Shown here: piece after piece, positions 39,048 through 48,248 of the stretch
Position numbering within the stretch: the stretch's first letter is position 1
Layout of the letters: every line of letters starts with the position of its first letter
Assembly (NCBI GenBank): GCA_021787535.1
Contig: JAJYLR010000002.1
Location: 24,556 to 88,555 of the forward strand
Length of the DNA: 64,000 nt
Origin: a bacterium
Lineage (GTDB): Bacteria; Patescibacteriota; CPR2; UBA1875; JAJYID01
Direction: 5' to 3'
Notes under the pieces: generated by a model
Told to the model about the DNA's origin: nothing
Databases searched by the model: none
What the model saw: only the letters and a program-made list of their open reading frames with translations
Made by a program: the position numbers and the translations under genes

Positions 39048-40997
39048 ATGATGAAAGAACTAGCAATCACCTTAAGTAAAAAAATCTTTGGTATAAAAGT
39101 GCGAAACTCTATTAAAGTTTTTATTTCCAAGCATCCTTATCTGACCGGCAGAGAAAATTATTTTGAAAAGAAGAAGTACAAAGCCGAACTCCAGAATATT
39201 CTAAAAGAGCACAAAGATGTTAAGGGCATCATTATTTATCCGTCTATTTCCGACTGGAATATGCCGCTTACCCAGCGGTTTAATCATCTGGCCAGAACAT
39301 TTTCAAGGGCGGGTTATCTTTTTTTCTACGGCACCCACAATCTTCGCTATGATAAAGTTAACGGTTTTGAGAAAATTGAAAGAAATCTTTATTTAACGAA
39401 TCAGCTTGAGGCTTTAAGGGATATTAAGGATCAGATTCTCTATCTCACTTGGGCGGCAAATAGTTTCTACACCCGAAGGTACAAAGCAAAGTCGATCATT
39501 TATGACTTTGTGGATGACCTTGAAATGTTTCCCTTGATCGGCAATAAGATTTATAAGTGCCACAACGAACTTCTGGAAAAGGCAACCATTATTCCCGTAA
39601 CGGCCAGCAGGTTGTTTGATAGTATTAAAGATAAGAGACCGGATGCATTTTTGTCTCATAACGCAGTACTCTTTGATGTCTGGCATCTGAGCGACAAAAA
39701 CATAAAACCCGACAAGGAGATGAAAAATCTAGTCGGCAAGAAGCCGCTAATCGGTTACTTCGGGTCATTAATTGAGAGCTGTTTTGACTATAACCTTTTA
39801 AAGTATGCGGCCAAAGCGCGTCCGGAATACGACTTTGCTATCAGCGGACCGCTTGACTTCGATACCTCAAACAGCGTGCATAAATGGAGTGACTACCCAA
39901 ATATCCACTTTATCGGAACAGTTCCCAAATATGAAGATTTGGCTGAGAGGATTCATTTTTTTGACGTTTGTACTGTCCCGTTTGTACTAAATGAGGTTAC
40001 TCAGTCTATATCACCTTTAAAACTTTTCGAGTACATGGCGGCAGGCAAACCTATTGTGACTACCGATATGCGGGAATGCAAAAAGTACAAGAGCGTTCTG
40101 GTTGCCAAGACTAAGGAAGAGTTTGTTAAAAACCTAGACAGGGCTATAAAGCTGAAAGACGACCCGAAGTTTCAGACTTTGGTTTTGAAGGAAGCGAAGG
40201 AAAATACCTGGGAAGTTAGAACCAGGGAAATTATTAAGCAGCTGGAGGCGCAAAAAAAGAGGAGACATTCTATACTGGGAGTCGGAGTAGACCCGCATTC
40301 TTTCAGTGAATCGGTTGAGAAAGCCATGAATGCTGCCAGAGAAAGAAAAGGATTTTTTGTTGTGACGGCAAATGCAGAGATCGTCTCAAAAGGCGCCAAA
40401 GATGAAGCTCTAAACGATATTTTTGCCCAAGCCGATATGGTGACCGCGGACGGTTCGGGGGTGGTGCTGGCCGGTAAAATCCTGGGCAAGCATTTTCCGG
40501 AGAGGGTTGGCGGAGCCGATCTTGCTGAAGCGTTAATTCGAGAAGGTTCTAAAGAAGGTTTGAGTTTTTATTTTCTAGGTGCTACCAAGGATATCTTGGA
40601 CAAGGCAGTTAAAAATATCCGCGCCAAGTATCCGCACGTTAAAATTACCGGTTACAGAGATGGCGGAGTCTGCAGTTTAGACGGGAATTTTGAGAAAAAC
40701 AGCGAAATCATTCAGGAAATTAAAAGTTTAAAGCCCAACTTTATATTTGTGGGTTTGGGTTGCCCTAAACAAGAACGGTGGATTGTGAGGCACAAGGAAG
40801 AACTTGGGGCGGTTTGTATAGGATTGGGAGGAACTTTTCGTTATTGGTCAGGCATCGAAAGAAGAGCTCCGAAGTTTATCCAGAAAATGTATATGGAGGG
40901 GGTTTGGCGTTTGATACAAAACCCTAAAAGGCTTGGCAGATTTCTTGCTTTGCCGAAATTCTTTTATAATGTAATGAAGGAAAGGATTGGCTCATGA
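39048..40997 (+). CDS. bifunctional glycosyltransferase: N-terminal GT1/GT4-like domain fused to C-terminal WecB/TagA/CpsF (GT26) domain
   Basis: N-terminal PLKLFEYMAAGKPIV (E-x7-E). C-terminal ILGVGVD..VVTANAEI..ADMVTADGSGVVLA..FVGLGCPKQE GT26 signature. Confidence 0.7.
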   Translation: MMKELAITLSKKIFGIKVRNSIKVFISKHPYLTGRENYFEKKKYKAELQNILKEHKDVKGIIIYPSISDWNMPLTQRFNHLARTFSRAGYLFFYGTHNLRYDKVNGFEKIERNLYLTNQLEALRDIKDQILYLTWAANSFYTRRYKAKSIIYDFVDDLEMFPLIGNKIYKCHNELLEKATIIPVTASRLFDSIKDKRPDAFLSHNAVLFDVWHLSDKNIKPDKEMKNLVGKKPLIGYFGSLIESCFDYNLLKYAAKARPEYDFAISGPLDFDTSNSVHKWSDYPNIHFIGTVPKYEDLAERIHFFDVCTVPFVLNEVTQSISPLKLFEYMAAGKPIVTTDMRECKKYKSVLVAKTKEEFVKNLDRAIKLKDDPKFQTLVLKEAKENTWEVRTREIIKQLEAQKKRRHSILGVGVDPHSFSESVEKAMNAARERKGFFVVTANAEIVSKGAKDEALNDIFAQADMVTADGSGVVLAGKILGKHFPERVGGADLAEALIREGSKEGLSFYFLGATKDILDKAVKNIRAKYPHVKITGYRDGGVCSLDGNFEKNSEIIQEIKSLKPNFIFVGLGCPKQERWIVRHKEELGAVCIGLGGTFRYWSGIERRAPKFIQKMYMEGVWRLIQNPKRLGRFLALPKFFYNVMKERIGS

Positions 40998-41434
40998 TAC
41001 TAGATAAAGAGGGCAAGATTTTCGGGAAAGTTAATATACTGGACTTTTTAGCGGCTGTTTTTGTGATAGCCGTTTTGGGGTTCATAGGGTTTAAATTTTT
41101 AAAAACGGACTCCAGGGCTAAGTCTGTCGAGCCGATGACGGTGACTGTATATGTAGATAATGTGCAGCCCGATATAGCAAAGAGTATGCAAGGGGTAAAG
41201 CAAGTTTATTTTGGGCGGGGACTAGTGAAAACTCCAGTATCGAATGTCCAGGTTTTGTCCATGCCGGCAGGGTCGGGACGGCCAGACTTCAAAGAGGTGA
41301 GGGTTACATTATCCGGAAGCGGTTACGTTTACTCTGATGGCGCTTATTTTGACGATCAGAGAGTATCGCTTGGCGAAAAGGTTTGGCTCAGGTCTATCTA
41401 TGAACTTGAGACAACCGTAATGAAAATTAACTAA
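40994..41434 (+). CDS. small membrane-anchored protein, unknown
   Basis: Single N-terminal TM, within the glycan operon. Confidence 0.35.
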   Translation: MILDKEGKIFGKVNILDFLAAVFVIAVLGFIGFKFLKTDSRAKSVEPMTVTVYVDNVQPDIAKSMQGVKQVYFGRGLVKTPVSNVQVLSMPAGSGRPDFKEVRVTLSGSGYVYSDGAYFDDQRVSLGEKVWLRSIYELETTVMKIN

Positions 41435-42897
41435 TGAAAGCGAATTTTCAAAATATCTATGCAAGCAGCAGGTTTGCTTCTCTTGCGCGGAAGCTTTCTT
41501 TTTTCTGTGAAAATAGCTTCGTTTTTAAGCAGAGGGAATATTTCAAAAACAGCCGGCTGAGTTGGCCGGAGCTATGGAGAAATAGCAAATTTTTTAGTAC
41601 CTTGTCATCTGGTCTTGATCGGCTAAGACCTCAGATTCAGTCCGGATTTCTTGATAAACTGACACTTCTTCTTTTCTTCATAATATTTCTCTTTACGCCA
41701 TTTAAAAGCTGGCTGAAAAATGCCTACCCTTCAAACCTTTATACATTTTTGGTGCCTGTGGCGCTGGTATTAATCGCCGCTTGGCTTTTAGCCAGAAAGA
41801 GGTCGGAAAAGATGCATTTTACCTTAGCTGACCTTGGAATAATATTTATAGTCTTCAGTATTTTAGTTTCTTCTTTTGCCAGCCTTTTTACTTATGGACA
41901 AGTCAAAAATATATATTATGAAGGGTTTATCTGGCTTTCATACATTGCCGTTTTCTATATCGGCCGGACAATCTTTCAGACAAAAAAACAACTTAAGGTA
42001 TTTCTAGCCTTCAATTTATTTATTGTCTTTGTCGTTTCTCTCATAGGGATCGGCCAGCTGGTTTTAGGCGTCCAGACGCCCCAGTGGATTGAAGGTTTTG
42101 AACTGATAAAAACCAGAATATTTTCAACGCTAGACAATCCGATCATTTTATCCGGGTATTTAAATATCTTTTTCTTTATAGCTCTAGGGATTTTTTTCGG
42201 GTTAAAGCGTCTCAAAAGTAAACTGTTACTCCTGCCGTTATTTGCTGTTATGCTAGTTGCTTTAGTTCTGACTTTTTCGAGGAGCGGCTGGATCGGCTTG
42301 GTGTTGGGTTTGCTCTTTTTCTTCTTCATTTATAAACCCAAATATATTTTGGGTATTATACCGCTTTCCATATTTTCTCTGCTTGTGATCCCAAAAAGTT
42401 ATTTTTATCGTCTTACTGATATCTTCGACAGCCGATATAACGCCATTTCTTCTGTTTCTGGCAGGACATGGACCTTGCATAATGTTTTTCATATACTACC
42501 GCATCACCTTCTTTTTGGAGTTGGGCCGGGGATGTATGGTGGAGAAGTTGCCTTTAAAACGAGTCCATCCATAGTTTACATGGAAGGTATTCAAGGCGGA
42601 GCAGTACCGATGCAAAACACAGATAATCAGTTTCTGCAAATCCTGATAGAGCAGGGTTTGCTTGGTATCTTAGCTTTCATTTTTTTTGCTCTAGCTATCC
42701 TATGCTCAGGGCTCATAGTTTATCAGCACTTGAATGATAGATTGTTAAAAATGCTAGCACTAGGGATTACGACTGCTTTTTTTGCTTTTTTAGTGCAGAG
42801 CGTCTTCACTGACAGCCTGCAGTTTCCTCAAATGGCACTGACTATGTTTGGATTTTTAGGGATATTACTATCTTTGCCAAGAATAAAATTGACTTAG
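41434..42897 (+). CDS. O-antigen ligase/polymerase-family (Wzy_C-like) polytopic membrane protein
   Basis: At least 10 TM helices, periplasmic-loop motif LTFSRSGWIGL characteristic of O-antigen ligase-like proteins. Confidence 0.6.
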   Translation: MKANFQNIYASSRFASLARKLSFFCENSFVFKQREYFKNSRLSWPELWRNSKFFSTLSSGLDRLRPQIQSGFLDKLTLLLFFIIFLFTPFKSWLKNAYPSNLYTFLVPVALVLIAAWLLARKRSEKMHFTLADLGIIFIVFSILVSSFASLFTYGQVKNIYYEGFIWLSYIAVFYIGRTIFQTKKQLKVFLAFNLFIVFVVSLIGIGQLVLGVQTPQWIEGFELIKTRIFSTLDNPIILSGYLNIFFFIALGIFFGLKRLKSKLLLLPLFAVMLVALVLTFSRSGWIGLVLGLLFFFFIYKPKYILGIIPLSIFSLLVIPKSYFYRLTDIFDSRYNAISSVSGRTWTLHNVFHILPHHLLFGVGPGMYGGEVAFKTSPSIVYMEGIQGGAVPMQNTDNQFLQILIEQGLLGILAFIFFALAILCSGLIVYQHLNDRLLKMLALGITTAFFAFLVQSVFTDSLQFPQMALTMFGFLGILLSLPRIKLT

Positions 42898-42945
42898 ATC
42901 TTTCAACTTTTTATACTTAAATTTTAATCATTCAAAAGGAGGATT

Positions 42946-44334
42946 ATGAATAAATTAAAAATTTACCCTGTTATTTTAGCCGGAGGCAGCGGTACTCGGC
43001 TCTGGCCATTTTCTCGGGAGGCGACGCCGAAGCAGCTACTCTCGCTAACAGACGAGAAATCACTTATTGAAAAATCGGTTGCCAGATGCAAATATTTTAC
43101 GAAAGAAAATGTTCGTGTTGTTGCCATAGTGGACTTAGCGGAAAAGATTAGACACCACACTACAAATGACCAAATTATTTATATAGAAGAACCTATGAAA
43201 AGAGGTACGGCCGCAGCGATTGCTCTTGCTGTTCGAGAGATTTATAAAAAAGATCCTACCGGAGTGATAGCTGTTCTGACGGCCGACCATGAACTAGATG
43301 ATCAGAAGCTGGCGGAAGATTTGAAAATGGCAGCCCATGCAGCTTCTAGGGAAAATTCGATTACATTACTCGGCATAAAGCCAACAAGTCCTGAAACTGG
43401 TTATGGCTATATTAAGTTAGGCAAAAAATTGGATGGATTTAAAGATTGCTATGTCTCAGGTGGATTTGTAGAGAAGCCAAATAAGGACACGGCAGAAAAG
43501 TATTTAAGAAATGGTAATTATCTCTGGAATTCCGGTATGTTTGTGGCTACAGCTGAAACATTTGTTCAGGAATTTAAAAGACATTTGCCGCAAACAGCAA
43601 GTTTAATCGCAGCAACAACCAGTGACGTTGATAAAGTATTTGGATCACTGCCAAAAGTGTCGTTTGATGATGGAGTGCTAGAGAAGACAAAAAACATTAC
43701 CGTACTCGAAACTGATATTTACTGGAATGATCTAGGCAGTTGGCAAAGTGTCTATGAACTTCTCCCAAAAGATGAAGGCCATAACTATATTGATAATGGA
43801 TGTATATCTCAAAACAACGACCATACTATGATTTTTAATAAAAAAGATCGGCTTGTGGTAGGTATTGGCCTCAAAAACACCGTGATTGTTGATACTGAGG
43901 ATGCGACTTTGGTCTGTGACATGGATATGACTCAAGAAGTTAAAGAAGTTGTTGAAACGATTAAACAAAGCGGCCGCAAAGAACACCTGGAACATAAGAC
44001 AACTCACAGGCCATGGGGAAGATATACCATTCTTGATGAAGGCGAAGGATTTAAAGTTAAGTTTATACATGTTAAACCCGGAGCAAAATTATCCCTTCAG
44101 TCGCATAAACACAGAAGTGAACATTGGATAGTTGTGAAGGGTGAGGCCAAGATTACGAATGGCGATAAGGTAATCATTCTAAAGCAAAACGAGAGCACCT
44201 TTATCCCGGCAAAATCAAAGCATAGATTAGAAAATGATAATAAATCGGAACTTACGATCGTTGAGGTTCAGAGCGGATCATACTTAGGAGAAGATGATAT
44301 CGTCAGATATGATGATATGTATGAAAGAAAATAG
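42946..44334 (+). CDS. manC: mannose-1-phosphate guanylyltransferase / mannose-6-phosphate isomerase (cupin C-terminus)
   Basis: IYPVILAGGSGTRLWP signature. C-terminal cupin with HxH..E..H. Confidence 0.8.
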   Translation: MNKLKIYPVILAGGSGTRLWPFSREATPKQLLSLTDEKSLIEKSVARCKYFTKENVRVVAIVDLAEKIRHHTTNDQIIYIEEPMKRGTAAAIALAVREIYKKDPTGVIAVLTADHELDDQKLAEDLKMAAHAASRENSITLLGIKPTSPETGYGYIKLGKKLDGFKDCYVSGGFVEKPNKDTAEKYLRNGNYLWNSGMFVATAETFVQEFKRHLPQTASLIAATTSDVDKVFGSLPKVSFDDGVLEKTKNITVLETDIYWNDLGSWQSVYELLPKDEGHNYIDNGCISQNNDHTMIFNKKDRLVVGIGLKNTVIVDTEDATLVCDMDMTQEVKEVVETIKQSGRKEHLEHKTTHRPWGRYTILDEGEGFKVKFIHVKPGAKLSLQSHKHRSEHWIVVKGEAKITNGDKVIILKQNESTFIPAKSKHRLENDNKSELTIVEVQSGSYLGEDDIVRYDDMYERK

Positions 44335-44596
44335 TCATGGAATTTATTTTGGGAAGTTGTACTGGTGATTTGCGACAGCCAAGGATGCCAATACATATCT
44401 TCATACTTATCCTTAACCTTGGATAATTTATATCTGACATGCCTGATAGACTAGCTGTTCGGGGGGTTGGCCCTTGGCCGATTGAAATTTCTTGCTAAAA
44501 ACTGAGATATTCCGCACATTATCGCTGATTAATATATTAATATATAAATATTAGCGTAGTGATTTTTTGAAGATTTCAGTTCAAAATTGGCCAAAA

Positions 44597-44620
44597 ATAG
44601 TGTCAGTAAGCTGACACTAT
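44597..44620. promoter_or_regulatory. perfect 24-bp palindrome ATAGTGTCAG-taag-CTGACACTAT (candidate operator)
   Basis: 10-bp perfect inverted arms about 125 nt upstream of the WecA-like gene. Half-site shared with the palindromes at 52676, 53854 and 53900. Confidence 0.5.
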
Positions 44621-44743
44621 TTGAGGATTGTTTTTAATTAATCTTTGGATACGAAGTAATCAGCCTTCTGGTGAAGCCCTACAAGATTTGCCGGGAAGTT
44701 TGCTGTAGCAAAGCGAGCATAAAAGTAGTATAATAGCTCTCAC

Positions 44744-45751
44744 ATGATAGAAGTTTTGGTTTTTAGTTTAGTGCTTAGCTACCTTCTTTGTATCGCTGTC
44801 AGAAAAGCCCTCATACATTTCAATGTTTTGGCAGCGCCGAGCGAGAGAAAGGTTCATAAGGAAGCTATTCCGGAAGGCGGGGGAATAGCTATTTTTATTA
44901 CGGTTATTTTGACCTCTCTCTTATTTGCGGGCTTTCACAGAGAGTTTCTTGGCTTCTATGTCGGGGCGACTCTCATGTTCATAATGGGGCTTATTGATGA
45001 CGTTTTCGACATTCGAGCCAGGTATAAGCTTCTGGGGCAAATAGCGGCGATCGGACTTGCGATGTATCTAGGGCTCACTATTGAATTTGTCACCGGGCGT
45101 GACAGCGTTGTGCACACTGGTATTTTTTCTATTCCGCTTACATTTCTCTGGCTGCTTGGCATCACCAACGCCATTAACTTAATTGACGGTCTGGACGGCT
45201 TATCCGGAGGAGTAGGATCGATCGTGGCTGTTGTGCTTGGAATAGTGGCTCTGGGGCAAGGCAGAGGAGATGTGGCAACGATTGCCTTCATATTAGCCGC
45301 AGCGACTATAGGATTCTTGCCTCATAATTTTTCTGGAAAGAAAAAAATGTTCATCGGAGATACCGGATCACAGTTTTTAGGATTTTCTCTCGCCGGTTTG
45401 GCTATTCTCGGAGTGACTAAAGTCGCGGCCACCTTTGTTATCTTGGCGCCGGTTATGATTTTAGCAATTCCGATCTTTGACACGGTTTTTGCCATAATCC
45501 GCCGTACTAAAAACGGCCAGAAAATCTTTGTGGCTGATCGAGGGCACCTTCACCACCGTCTGCTCGACCTGGGCTTTACAGAAAAGAAAGCCGTAACCTT
45601 TATCTATTATGTCACTGTACTTCTTGGCTTTGTAGCTATTTTTTCAACTACCTTGAGACCAAAGGACGCTGTGATACTTTTCGTTATCACTGTGGGAATC
45701 ATTGCGGCTCTTTCTTTCATGTTAGCCCGCCAGCATCGGCTGAAAAAATAG
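44744..45751 (+). CDS. MraY/WecA-family polyprenyl-phosphate N-acetylhexosamine-1-phosphate transferase
   Basis: DDVFDIRARYK, NAINLIDGLDGL, multi-TM, 335 aa. Confidence 0.8.
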   Translation: MIEVLVFSLVLSYLLCIAVRKALIHFNVLAAPSERKVHKEAIPEGGGIAIFITVILTSLLFAGFHREFLGFYVGATLMFIMGLIDDVFDIRARYKLLGQIAAIGLAMYLGLTIEFVTGRDSVVHTGIFSIPLTFLWLLGITNAINLIDGLDGLSGGVGSIVAVVLGIVALGQGRGDVATIAFILAAATIGFLPHNFSGKKKMFIGDTGSQFLGFSLAGLAILGVTKVAATFVILAPVMILAIPIFDTVFAIIRRTKNGQKIFVADRGHLHHRLLDLGFTEKKAVTFIYYVTVLLGFVAIFSTTLRPKDAVILFVITVGIIAALSFMLARQHRLKK

Positions 45752-45898
45752 TCTGGAATTCCCTTTAAGTTTGTGCTAATATATTTTTGACGAGGGGTTT
45801 CTGGAAAGAAGCTTTTTTTAAATCCCGCGCACTATTTGCAAAATGCGGGGCAAGCAAAAATTAAGGTTAAGTTTTACATAAGAAAGGAACAAAAAGGA

Positions 45899-47917
45899 AT
45901 GAACAGTTATCTTCTGTTTGCGCTAGGCGCTTCAGCTGCCAGTATTTTATACGGCATATATCTTATCAAATGGATTTTAGGCAAAAGTGATGGAAATGAC
46001 AAAATGAAAGAAATCGCATCCGCGATCCAGGAAGGCGCTAAAGCATATTTAAACAGGCAATACAAAACTATATTCTTAGTAGCGATTTTGGTTTTCGGAG
46101 CTCTCCTTTTTACCTTGGGAGTGAACACGGCTTTCGGCTTTTTAATCGGTGCAGCAGCTTCGGCATTGGCCGGCTATATCGGGATGAATATCTCAGTAAG
46201 AGCTAACGTCAGGACGGCCGAAGCGGCTAAAAAAGGTATGAAAGAAGCGCTTGAAGTAGCGGTAAAAGGCGGTGCCGTCACCGGATTTTTAGTAGTCGGG
46301 CTGGCGCTTCTTGTTATTACCCTCTTCTGGATGGTTACGCATGATGCCAAAGCTCTCGTCGGTCTTGGTTTTGGGGGCTCTTTGATTTCCGTTTTTGCCC
46401 GTCTTGGCGGAGGTATTTATACCAAAGGCGCCGATGTGGGCGCTGATCTCGTCGGCAAGGTTGAGGCCGGCATTCCGGAAGACGATCCTAGAAATCCGGC
46501 TGTTATCGCAGACAATGTCGGCGATAATGTCGGCGATTGCGCCGGGATGGCGGCCGATCTTTTTGAAACTTACGCCGTCACAGCCGTAGCGGCAATCCTA
46601 CTGGGCACGCTTGTATTCGGCGACTTTAAAAATGCGGTTTATTATCCGCTTGTGATTGGCGGAGTTTCCATTGTCGCTTCTGTGATTGGCTCGTTTTTTA
46701 TCAGGATGGGAAACAGCAAAAATATCATGGGCGCGCTCTATAAAGGATTGATAGTCTCTGCCGGCATTTCGGCGATAGCATTTTACTTTGTGACTCAAAA
46801 ACTCATGACAGGAAACGGCCTTTACACTCCTGAGAATCTCTACTTTGCTTCCCTGATCGGCTTAGTCGTAACCGCAGGCATGGTTATTATTACCGAATAC
46901 TTTACTTCCACTAAATACAAGCCGGTTAAGTCAATTGCGAAATCTTCTGAAAGCGGCCATGGCACTAATATTATTACCGGGTTGGCTGTTAGTATGAAGT
47001 CCACTGCTTTGCCGGTTCTTTTAATAGGTGCGGCAATTATTGTTTCCTTTAGTTTAGCCGATATTTACGGGGTGGCCGTAGCGGTCATGAGCATGCTTTC
47101 GATGGCGGGAATTATTATTACAATCGATTCTTACGGTCCTATCACGGATAACGCCGGCGGAATAGCCGAGATGGCCGAACTGCCGGCTAAAGTCAGGGCT
47201 ATCACCGATCCTTTGGATGCAGTAGGAAACACAACCAAGGCGGTGACCAAAGGTTATGCCATCGCTTCTGCGGGACTTGCGGCAATAGTCCTTTTCTCGG
47301 CCTTTACGGAAGAGCTTGCCAAAGCCGGAGGTGTCAAGATCAACTTTACCATTTCTGATCCTTATGTTCTCGTCGGGCTTTTTCTGGGCGGACTTCTGCC
47401 TTATATCTTTGCAGCCCTTTCCATGGAAGCGGTTGGTAAAGCGGCTGGCGCCGTTGTGGCTGAAGTAAGAAGACAGTTTAAAGAAATTAAAGGCATCATG
47501 ACCGGCAAAGCGAAGCCCGAATATGGGAAATGCGTGGATATCGTTACAAAATCAGCCATCAGGCAAATGATTATGCCGGCCCTTTTGCCTGTGCTTGCGC
47601 CTATTGTGATAGTGATTATCGGCAAAGCCCTGGGTGATGAGGTAGCGCCGAAAATGATCGGCGGTTTGCTTGTCGGCTCTATTGTTACCGGAATCTTTGT
47701 GGCCATCAGCATGACTTCAGGCGGAGGCGCTTGGGATAATGCTAAAAAATACATCGAGGACGGGAACTACGGCGGCAAAGGATCGCTGGCCCATCAGGCC
47801 GCCGTGACCGGAGACACGGTAGGAGATCCCTATAAAGATACTGCCGGACCGGCCATCAATCCGATGATCAAGATCTTAAACATTGTTGCGCTGCTGCTTG
47901 TAAGCTTGATGTTCTAA
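45899..47917 (+). CDS. hppA: membrane H+-translocating pyrophosphatase, K+-independent type
   Basis: 16 TM. GNTTKA (Lys at the position diagnostic for K+ independence), DNVGDNVGD motif. Start chosen at Met 45899 (MNSYLLF). Confidence 0.9.
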   Translation: MNSYLLFALGASAASILYGIYLIKWILGKSDGNDKMKEIASAIQEGAKAYLNRQYKTIFLVAILVFGALLFTLGVNTAFGFLIGAAASALAGYIGMNISVRANVRTAEAAKKGMKEALEVAVKGGAVTGFLVVGLALLVITLFWMVTHDAKALVGLGFGGSLISVFARLGGGIYTKGADVGADLVGKVEAGIPEDDPRNPAVIADNVGDNVGDCAGMAADLFETYAVTAVAAILLGTLVFGDFKNAVYYPLVIGGVSIVASVIGSFFIRMGNSKNIMGALYKGLIVSAGISAIAFYFVTQKLMTGNGLYTPENLYFASLIGLVVTAGMVIITEYFTSTKYKPVKSIAKSSESGHGTNIITGLAVSMKSTALPVLLIGAAIIVSFSLADIYGVAVAVMSMLSMAGIIITIDSYGPITDNAGGIAEMAELPAKVRAITDPLDAVGNTTKAVTKGYAIASAGLAAIVLFSAFTEELAKAGGVKINFTISDPYVLVGLFLGGLLPYIFAALSMEAVGKAAGAVVAEVRRQFKEIKGIMTGKAKPEYGKCVDIVTKSAIRQMIMPALLPVLAPIVIVIIGKALGDEVAPKMIGGLLVGSIVTGIFVAISMTSGGGAWDNAKKYIEDGNYGGKGSLAHQAAVTGDTVGDPYKDTAGPAINPMIKILNIVALLLVSLMF

Positions 47918-47934
47918 AATCTTATTATCCTTTA

Positions 47935-47962
47935 AAAGGGCCCGCATAAGGGTCCTTTTTTA
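47935..47962 (+). terminator. rho-independent terminator after hppA
   Basis: AAAGGGCCC-gcataa-GGGTCCTTT hairpin followed by a T-run. Confidence 0.65.
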
Positions 47963-48023
47963 GCCAAAGAAAAAACGCTTATTGTTTACTGGGAAGCTTT
48001 TTAAGTGTTATATTAATGAAAGA

Positions 48024-48245
48024 ATGCCTATGCGTATAACAAAAGTGACAGTCGAGAAATTAGATTCGGATTTTGCCGTTTTTCGAGCCGGTGAAATCAG
48101 TTTTGAGGTGCCGAGGGCGCTCTTGCCTGACAACGCAGAAGAGGGCGCTGTGCTTTATTTGGATGTGAAAAGCGATGAAGAAGCCGCGCTTACCCAAGAG
48201 GGCTTGGCGAAAGCAATACTGGGTGAGGTATTAAAGGAAGGTTAG
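48024..48245 (+). CDS. DUF3006-like small protein
   Basis: RITKVTVEKLDSDFAVF..EISFEVPRALLP..EGAVLYLD pattern. Start ambiguous between 47982, 48024 and 48030. Confidence 0.5.
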   Translation: MPMRITKVTVEKLDSDFAVFRAGEISFEVPRALLPDNAEEGAVLYLDVKSDEEAALTQEGLAKAILGEVLKEG

Positions 48246-48248
48246 ATC

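Noticed and set aside
44335-44596. Imperfect hairpin CCAAGGAT..ATCCTTAACCTTGG in the manC-wecA spacer as a possible terminator or riboswitch
   Set aside because: The stem is interrupted and the loop is 24 nt, with no T-run. Insufficient to call.
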